From Nitrospirota bacterium (GTDB lineage Bacteria; Nitrospirota; UBA9217), in the NCBI GenBank assembly GCA_963754875.1, contig CAVWHO010000022.1, positions 32,001-96,000 on the forward strand: a stretch of 64,000 bases of DNA. Reading direction: 5' to 3'. A program made the position numbers and the translations under genes. Positions 56,741 to 64,000 of this stretch are shown piece by piece. Under the pieces are notes generated by a model that was not told where the DNA came from, made no database searches, and worked only from the letters and a program-made list of their open reading frames with translations. Position 1 is the stretch's first letter, and every line of letters begins with the position of its first letter.

Positions 56741-59700
56741 TAATGATCTTAATGTCCGTATCCGTCAAACCATACAGCTCAAACACCAATTGATTGATTT
56801 GCTGGTCAACTGCATCGACTTGACGCTGGAGAGCCGTCTTTTCGTGGTCGGTTTTGACCTCGGGTCCTTGTTTAGTAAGCGAAAGCATCTGTTCAACCAG
56901 AGCAACTATTTTATCGCGTTTTACTTTTTCACTTTTATTGCTGTGATCGATAACTTTAATCGGGACTTTTCCCATATACTGATAAATTAAACGATAACGA
57001 TATTGGCCGGCGCGAACTCCAAAGGGAATGCTGATATGACTTATAGCAAACCAGAACAAAGAGCTATTCAACAAACCGAGTAAATAACGATCGTCAGTTC
57101 CGAGGCAGTAAGCTGTGTTGGCTAAATAATGGCCCTTTTCATCAAGCGAGAATCTTGGTCCTTTCGCTATATCTGGATAAACGATCTTCGGACCGTCAAA
57201 GACTTGGTAGTAGGCCACGTCATCTTGAATTTCATACCATTTGTAACTGCCTGGCTTTCGTCCAACTTTATCTTTTGAAGACTTCTTGGGTGTAAGCTCG
57301 GATCGCCAATTTGATAAGTGTTCCTTGATAGCAGGATATTCATCAATATTGATTCCTCGCCGTGTAAAGATCAGCCACAAATCCGTATTGTTGTAGATAT
57401 AGCGGCGAATATCTTCGCCACCCAGTAGTGGCTTTATAAGTTGACCGCTTGATTTGTCTTTTGCAATTAACGCTTTTCTTGTTTTACTATCAATGATGAA
57501 AGCTTCATTTAACCCGGTTTTAATGCCATAATTAATGCTTCTCTTTAAGTAATCTCCAAGCGGTTTTCCCGCCTTCATCACCTTATCGAAGACCATAGCT
57601 TCTTCGTCCGATTTTAAAGACCATGATTCGGACGAAAGTCGGTCGTGCGGAATTCTAAAGGAATTATCGACAACGTATTCATTGAGGTCACGTATTTCAA
57701 GCGAAGGGATTTTCGTTACTTCCACTCGCGCCGGTTGTTTGCCTTTCGTGAACAGCGGAATACAGACATAGGTGTCTTTGGCATTGGCGAACACAGGTAA
57801 GCCGCCGAAATCAACTATTCTAAGCACTGCGGCATGTTTTTTCAACGTTCGGCGTAGTGGTTCTCCATAGGTCGTGCGGAGAAAACTGCTTGAGACAATG
57901 AAACTGAACCGCCCGCCTTCGCGCAGTAGCTTGACGCTGCGCTCCATCATATAGGCATAAAGGTCTGCAACGCCATCGAACGCTTCATAGTGTGACGCAA
58001 AATAATCTTTGAAGTCGGATAATGATTCCTGCCTCACATATGGTGGATTGCCTATCACCGCATCGAATCCGCCAGCTTTCGTAATCTCGGAAAACTCTTG
58101 TTCCCAATCAAAGACATTCACGCGATACCGGTCTTCATCGTCCAGCATTGTTTGTTGCTGATAGAAATCGGGACCGACGAGTGAATTCCCGCACTTGATG
58201 TTGTCTCCAAGATCGGGCAGCGCCCTTTCATGGAACATGCGGAGCTGGTTCGCAAGAGTCTGGTTGTTCTCGCCTTCGAGCACCTTCAGAAGCAATGAAA
58301 GCTTTGTCACTTCCACAGCCTGGGAGTCGATATCCACACCGTAGATGTTGTTCAGAAGAATACGCTTTTTCTCCGACGTGGTGAGATTCCAATTCGGAGT
58401 ATTAGGATCAGGCGACGGGCCTTGATAAATTGAGGGCTGCTTTGTCTTTGCCCATTTATCGGGCTCGTTGCTCGATGTACCATTTCAAATGCCAGTCGAG
58501 AAGATATTGATATGCACCAAGCAAGAACGATCCAGAGCCACAAGCCGGATCGAGGATCTTCAGTTTCTCGACATCTTTCGGTTTCTTGTCCTCGACCAGC
58601 TTCCCCACGGTGTTCTTGACGATGTAATCAACGATGTACTTCGGCGTGTAATAGACGCCGCCAGCTTTTCTGACCTCGGGTTTTTCCTCTACCTTTGCCT
58701 GATGTCCTGCTGTGAGGCGAATGACCTTGCCGAGGAACTGCTCGTAGACCTGGCCGAGAATGTCGGCGGAGAGCACTGAGAATTCATAAGGGCTCTCGGG
58801 ATAGTAGAGCCGGTTGATGATGTCCTTAAGAGGCTTATCGTCAATGGAGATATTCGGAGTGAGCTTGTCCGGGTCCTCGTGCCGTTCCTTTTCCCGCTGG
58901 AAATGGAACAGGCCGGAGTTGTACCGGTCATCGGCCTGGCTGAAAAGCTGCACGAGCCGCTTGTAGACGTTCGTGCCGTTCAGCTGCGTCTGGAGCCTGC
59001 CGTATTCCTCGATACCCCGGTCTTCGCAGATTCGCAGGAACACGATCCGGTCGATGGTGCGCTGCACCGCGAAGTTCAGTTCGCGCGTGGTCAAGTCCGC
59101 GTTCCGCAGCGCGATATTCTTTGCGAGCATGTCCCGCCAGTCTTCGATCTCGGTCAGGAAAGCATCGTCAACCGTTGCCGTCCCCTTCTTGAGCTTCGAG
59201 GACTCGGCGTACTTGTCAAAGGAACCTTTAAGAACGGCTTCGCGGGAAAAGATGTTGACGAGTTCATCCCATTTAGCCGGAGTAGTCTTTATAAGTGAAG
59301 TACAGCACTCGACCGGTGGATGCTTTATCGGTCTGGACAGGTTTTATGCGACAATCATAGACGGCGAATTCCTCAAAGTCGGTGAGAATGCTGAGCGGAA
59401 GTTTTGCAGACCAGGCATAGCGCCTGAGCTGAAAGGCGGGACTGACATCGTCCTTGAGATTGACTGCGGGTTTTTTCGCTTCAACAAAGAACTTCTTGAC
59501 GCTGCCGATCCGAAAGCAGTAATCAGGTGCCTTGGTTGCGCCGCCGATCTTGATCGCGTCTTCGTGGATCACATCCCGGTACGCTTCGGCGTACCCCGCT
59601 TTGTTGGTCATGTCCCAGCCAAGAGCGCCAAGAAACGGGTTAAGAAAGTCCTGGCGAAGCTGGGCTTCGTTGTACTGTCCGCCCTTGTAGGCTTCAAGGT

Positions 59701-59755
59701 TCCGGTCAAAGCGTTCGATCAAATCAGCAATTTCATTCGGTAGCCCCATCAGCAC
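56730..59755 (-). pseudogene. Type IIG (Eco57I-like) restriction-modification enzyme split by two +1 frameshifts
   Basis: APDY..VEAK nuclease; LDPACGSGSFL; GNPPY; TaqI_C-like tail; frames rejoin if one base is removed near 59281 and one near 58471. Confidence 0.85.
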
Positions 59756-59777
59756 CCCGTGTGGATAGTCTTACGTG

Positions 59778-60125
59778 TTATAACTCCGTGTACTTCTTTG
59801 CCGTACCCTTAGCCTTGTGAACCGGGTACTTGGTTTCGTTCTTCGCAATCTTCTTTTCTACTTCAGCCAGCAAGTCAATCTTGTATTCCTCGCTGAGATA
59901 TGTGAGGAAGATAAAGATATCAGATAGCTCTTCTTTTACGTTCTTGAGTTCTTCTGCTGAGAGATTGCGGGACTGCTCGGTGGTCTTCCAGAGGAAGTTT
60001 TCAAGCAGCTCCCCCGCTTCAATGGAGAGGGCTTCGGCGAGGTTCTTGGGATCGTGGAATTGCGCCCAGTCACGCTCGTTCCGGAATGAGAGGATCTTTT
60101 TCTGAATTGCTTCTAAATCACTCAT
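59778..60125 (-). CDS. MazG-like nucleotide pyrophosphohydrolase
   Basis: ERDW.QFH.PKNL..ALSIEAGELLE..EELSD..KYP. Confidence 0.9.
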   Translation of the reverse strand: MSDLEAIQKKILSFRNERDWAQFHDPKNLAEALSIEAGELLENFLWKTTEQSRNLSAEELKNVKEELSDIFIFLTYLSEEYKIDLLAEVEKKIAKNETKYPVHKAKGTAKKYTEL

Positions 60126-60423
60126 GCTCCTCCCCGACGTGCATTAAGCCTATAATAATACGGCACTTTACTACAGGTCACGGAAAATGTCCAGAAGAGA
60201 TGCGCAATTTGAAATGCGTGATTCGATCCGCTTTTGACGCTTTTTCAGCTTGAGTCCCATATTCAGCAGGGATTCCCAAGATACCTGCCTCAAGATCCAT
60301 TTCAGACCATTCGGCATGACGAAGTTCTCCCAGGGCGCACACATTTCACAAAGAACGAGCCGTTATGGCCATCGAGGCACGGAGAAGAGATGCCGCTTCC
60401 TGCAAAACGCAAATGAAAATTGC

Positions 60424-60478
60424 TTGACATTCAAACACCTCTTTTGTATCATTTAATTATCAATGTTAATTAAATGAT
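60424..60478 (+). promoter_or_regulatory. Recombinase promoter with overlapping 12-bp palindromic operator
   Basis: TTGACA(60424)-17-TATCAT(60447); ATCATTTAATTA-7-TAATTAAATGAT at 60448-60478. Confidence 0.6.
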
Positions 60479-60543
60479 TTTCAATTGCTGAGCACTGAGA
60501 ATTATCTGTTTACTGCAGGGTCTGACCAAAGTTAGCACACTGT

Positions 60544-62424
60544 TTGTATCAGATCTTACCCAAGGCACGAGGAGCAAGGGATGTTATGAAGAATAAAAGG
60601 ACACTGGACTTACGAGAAGCAATGGTTATTCCCCCGAAGAATAAAAGGGCACTGTACTTACGCTGCTCCACAGACATGCAGGAAATGTCCATCCCGGACC
60701 AACGGAAGGTCCTTCAGAAGTACTGCGCTGAAAAAGGGTATGAGATCGTCGAGGAGTTTCAGGACGAAGGAATATCCGGCACCACCTTTGAAAAAAGGCC
60801 GGGTGCCATGAGACTCTTCCAGAAGGTCCAATCCGGACATCATGACTTTTCGGGAGTGGTGATCCTGAACGAATCCCGGTTCGGCAGGGCGCCGAATACC
60901 AAAGAGACATTTCACTACGAGTACCTCCTGGAAAAAGCAGGCGTCTTTGTAGAATACGCGCAGAGCGAGAGCAACATGCCGGGCGCCCCCGGCCTAATTA
61001 TGCGGGCAGTAAAGTACGAGCAGGCCGCCGAGTTCAGCAAGCAGCTCTCGAAGGACGTGATCCGCGGCCATTCCACCGCGGCAGGACTGGGGTATTCTAC
61101 AGGGGGATTTCCGCCTTTCGGGTACACCAGGATGGTCTGCGATGAAACAGGGAAGGAACTTTTCACCCTGGTTCCCGGACAACGCAAGGCAATCAAAAAC
61201 CATTGGGTCAAATGGGTCCCCGGAGACCCGCGTGACGTCGCGCTGGTAAACCGCATCTTCACCCTCTATGCCGAGGGCAGTAAGGGCTTCAAGGCGCTTT
61301 GCAAGGTCTTTAACGACGAAAAAATACCATCACCAAAGGGGGGGCTCTGGGGAACGGATACGCTCCGATCGATTCTTGTGAACAGCGCCTACATCGGCGA
61401 GCGCATATACGGGGGCAAGTGGTCGAAAAAAGTTCAGGAGAAGGTCATCTGCCAAGAGGCTCACGAACCCATTATTACTTCGGACCTCTTCGAGAAGGTC
61501 CAGGCATTGATGAAGACGAGAGATTTTGGGGCTTGCAGCGGGATGCGAACGGAATACCTTCTTTCTGGAAAAATTGTCTGTAAGAGCTGCGGACACAAGT
61601 TCCAGGGCCGGAAAGTAAACAACGGCAGTGGAAAAGAATATATATACTACGTTGATTCAGGCCACACGCAATATCGAGTCTGTAAACCCCTTACGATCCC
61701 GAAAACCACGAAAGGCGAGGTCGTCGGCATCGAGGACTTTATTATCTCCGAGATACAGAAGATGCTCGATTCCGACCGGTATGTCGAGCGTTTTAAGGAA
61801 CATTTGAAGGAAGCCTTGATCAACATCGAACGGGAGACGGAAAACGCATATCCTGCCGTCCAGAAGAAGCTGAAAGGCCTCGATGCGGAGATCACGAAGC
61901 TTCAGGATGCCGTCATTTTCACCGAATCCCGGTCAAGGAGTCTCGCTGAGCGGTTAGTCAGGGCCGAAGAGGAGCGGGAAAGCCTTCAGAAGGAACTCGC
62001 AAAATACGAGGAAGTAAAAAAACAACCCAGCAAAGTGCTCCTCCTGGTCAACGAGTACGCCAAGATACTCAAAAACCTCGGAGACACATTGAAAAAACGT
62101 ACACCGGGAGAACAGAAAACCGCGATTAGCTACTTCCTGGACAGGATTGAGGTGCTGAGGGATGAGGGAGTGGCTCGCTGCTACTTCTACGACACTCCAA
62201 GACCGCGGGAAATCGATTATGCTCTGCCGGTCGATACCGGCCGTGTATGTAAAGATGGTGCCGAAGGGGGGACTCGAACCCCCATGGGTTGCCCCACACG
62301 CCCCTCAAACGTGCGTGTCTACCAATTCCACCACTTCGGCACAGGTGAAAAACTTCAACAACAGGATTACCCGGAACACAAAGGGAAAAAACTATTTCTT
62401 GCTCTTTTATATCGTAACTTCTGA
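60544..62424 (+). CDS. Large serine recombinase (island integrase); likely start 60586
   Basis: [45 protein letters not shown], coiled coil; reads through the tRNA antisense. Confidence 0.9.
   Translation: MYQILPKARGARDVMKNKRTLDLREAMVIPPKNKRALYLRCSTDMQEMSIPDQRKVLQKYCAEKGYEIVEEFQDEGISGTTFEKRPGAMRLFQKVQSGHHDFSGVVILNESRFGRAPNTKETFHYEYLLEKAGVFVEYAQSESNMPGAPGLIMRAVKYEQAAEFSKQLSKDVIRGHSTAAGLGYSTGGFPPFGYTRMVCDETGKELFTLVPGQRKAIKNHWVKWVPGDPRDVALVNRIFTLYAEGSKGFKALCKVFNDEKIPSPKGGLWGTDTLRSILVNSAYIGERIYGGKWSKKVQEKVICQEAHEPIITSDLFEKVQALMKTRDFGACSGMRTEYLLSGKIVCKSCGHKFQGRKVNNGSGKEYIYYVDSGHTQYRVCKPLTIPKTTKGEVVGIEDFIISEIQKMLDSDRYVERFKEHLKEALINIERETENAYPAVQKKLKGLDAEITKLQDAVIFTESRSRSLAERLVRAEEERESLQKELAKYEEVKKQPSKVLLLVNEYAKILKNLGDTLKKRTPGEQKTAISYFLDRIEVLRDEGVARCYFYDTPRPREIDYALPVDTGRVCKDGAEGGTRTPMGCPTRPSNVRVYQFHHFGTGEKLQQQDYPEHKGKKLFLALLYRNF
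62256..62340 (-). tRNA. tRNA-Leu (GAG)
   Basis: GCCGAAG acceptor stem, GGAATTGGTAGACAC D-arm, CACGT-TTGAGGG-GCGTG anticodon arm, long variable arm, GTTCGAGTC, CCA end. Confidence 0.97.
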
Positions 62425-62439
62425 GCTGCGACAGAACAG

Positions 62440-63381
62440 CTACTTCTTCATCGCCGGCTGTTTTGCCGAGACGTAGGTGAGCCACTCTTCATGCTTATTG
62501 TCGCGTCCGTGAACGATATCGAAGAACGCGGCCTGGAGCTGCTTTGTCACCGGCCCCGGCTTGCCCATGCCGATTGTCCGGTTGTCGACTTCGCGGATCG
62601 GCGTGATCTCGGCGGCCGTGCCGGAAAAGAACGCCTCGTCGGCAATATAGAGTTCGTCGCGCGTGAACCGCTCTTCCACGACGCGCATGCCCCGTTCCGC
62701 AGCAAGCTGAATGATCGTTTCCCGGGTAATGCCCTCCAGGATCGAAGTCAGCGGAGGGGTCTTGATGATGCCCTTCCTCACCATGAATACGTTTTCACCG
62801 CTGCCCTCGGCAACATATCCTTCCGTATCGAGCAGCATGGCCTCATCGTACCCGTCCTTCAATGCCTCACGCTTGGCCAGCAGCCCGTTCGCATAGTTCG
62901 CCGTGGTTTTTGACCGTACCATCGTCGCATTCACATGAGGCCGGATAAAGGATGAGATCTTGACGCGAATGCCGTTTTTCATTCCCTCTTCACCAAGGTA
63001 GCTGCCCCAGGGCCAGACTGCAATGGAAACCTGAACGGGATTCTCCTTCGGAAAGACCCCCATGGCACCGTAGCCGATGTGGACAAGAGGCCGAATGTAG
63101 CACGCGTCGATCTTGTTTACGCGGACGGTTTCGAGGATAGCCTCGTTTATTGCTTCACGGGTGAACGGCATTTCTATCTGGTAGATATGAGCAGAGTCGA
63201 AGAGCCGGTCCACATGTTCCCGCAGACGGAAAACGGCAGAACCTCCGTCGGTCTTATAGCACCGGATCCCTTCGAACACGGCCGTTGCATAATGGAGCGA
63301 ATGCGTCAGGATGTGCACTTTGGCATCGTCCCATTTGACGAATGAACCGTTCATCCATATTTTTTCAGTGGCTTGAAGCAT
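62440..63381 (-). CDS. ilvE: Branched-chain amino acid aminotransferase
   Basis: [38 protein letters not shown]. Confidence 0.95.
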   Translation of the reverse strand: MLQATEKIWMNGSFVKWDDAKVHILTHSLHYATAVFEGIRCYKTDGGSAVFRLREHVDRLFDSAHIYQIEMPFTREAINEAILETVRVNKIDACYIRPLVHIGYGAMGVFPKENPVQVSIAVWPWGSYLGEEGMKNGIRVKISSFIRPHVNATMVRSKTTANYANGLLAKREALKDGYDEAMLLDTEGYVAEGSGENVFMVRKGIIKTPPLTSILEGITRETIIQLAAERGMRVVEERFTRDELYIADEAFFSGTAAEITPIREVDNRTIGMGKPGPVTKQLQAAFFDIVHGRDNKHEEWLTYVSAKQPAMKK

Positions 63382-63550
63382 AGGCGTAATTTATAACAGC
63401 CTGGGTCAAAATTGTCAATCCTTTTTTTCCTTGCATTGGCGAGCACCCTCTTGGCAGAACAATAACCGTGAGATCAGAATATCTGTTCAAAAACTTCAAC
63501 GACAAACTTTCTTTTTCAGCAATGATCAACTGCCAATCGCCTCCCCACGC

Positions 63551-63580
63551 AAAAAAGCCCCCTCCACGCTGGAAGGGGGC
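63551..63580 (-). terminator. Rho-independent terminator-like hairpin
   Basis: GCCCCCTTCCA-gcg-TGGAGGGGGC-TTTTTT on the minus strand. Confidence 0.55.
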
Positions 63581-63890
63581 ATCTGTATAAGGAGGATGAA
63601 CGTTTGCAGTTCATCGGTTGCTGCCATACGCCATCTGTGAGTCGCACGACTATAGTTCAGGCACGCCACAGTTATTTCTTTATGTATTGCATAATAACGT
63701 ATTATCTCGGGTATTGTAAATCGCCTGATCAGGGTATTTATGGGGGATGCCAAAAGAAAAAAAACGGGAGGTATATGTTTCAGGAGCGGGAACCCGATGG
63801 AACAGCGAGGATTGCCGATTGGCTGAATACTACAAGAGAAGCTCCGAGGCCAGCAGGCGCCTCTCGGACAGGATAATCGGATCGGTTTAT

Positions 63891-64000
63891 TTAAATGATC
63901 CCTCGTTTTCGCGCCTTGACAATAGCATCGTTTCTGTCCTTGGCCTGAAGTTTTTCGTAGATGTTTTTGATGTGCGTATGAACGGTGTGGGTGCTGATGC
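63891..64000 (-). CDS. 3' end of a LuxR-family HTH regulator
   Basis: Hand translation ISTHTVHTHIKNIYEKLQAKDRNDAIVKARKRGII*. Confidence 0.8.
   Translation of the reverse strand, partial: ISTHTVHTHIKNIYEKLQAKDRNDAIVKARKRGII

Larger units (their letters stand above)
1376..62267. mobile_element. ~61-kb genomic island integrated at tRNA-Leu(GAG)
   Basis: Direct repeat of the tRNA 3' end at both ends, serine recombinase abutting the tRNA, accessory/defence cargo, housekeeping-type genes outside. Confidence 0.85.

Overview
Almost the whole window (about 1376-62267, ~61 kb) looks like one genomic island. It is integrated at the 3' end of tRNA-Leu(GAG), bounded by a 13-bp direct repeat, and has a large serine recombinase at the tRNA end. 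Host genes flank it: an SH3/NlpC-P60 cell-wall hydrolase on the left, ilvE and a LuxR-type regulator on the right. Nested inside are: (i) a Zn-ribbon gene plus two very large tyrosine-recombinase-like genes; (ii) an Rhs locus with a 3126-aa repeat-rich surface protein, a signal-peptide-bearing Rhs protein and four orphan Rhs C-terminal tip/immunity cassettes; (iii) two XerC/D-like recombinases, a primase-like gene, IS21 istAB and TA pairs inside that array; (iv) a small-gene operon with a split, membrane-anchored Cas4-like nuclease; (v) a defence cluster (Wadjet/Mks-like with its nuclease gene hit by a 318-bp MITE, MNT-HEPN, HsdR_N-NACHT, a frameshifted type IIG R-M gene, MazG-like). The main observation is that every orphan tip starts at the same base. 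That base lies in a quasi-palindromic site TGATC-tgtgtg-GATCA that overlaps the HTDH codons of the Rhs core and is followed by a conserved ~130-170-bp arm, which carries a promoter in three copies. I infer a site-specific, integron-like system that swaps Rhs tips in frame. Family assignments come from motif recognition only; no database searches were run.
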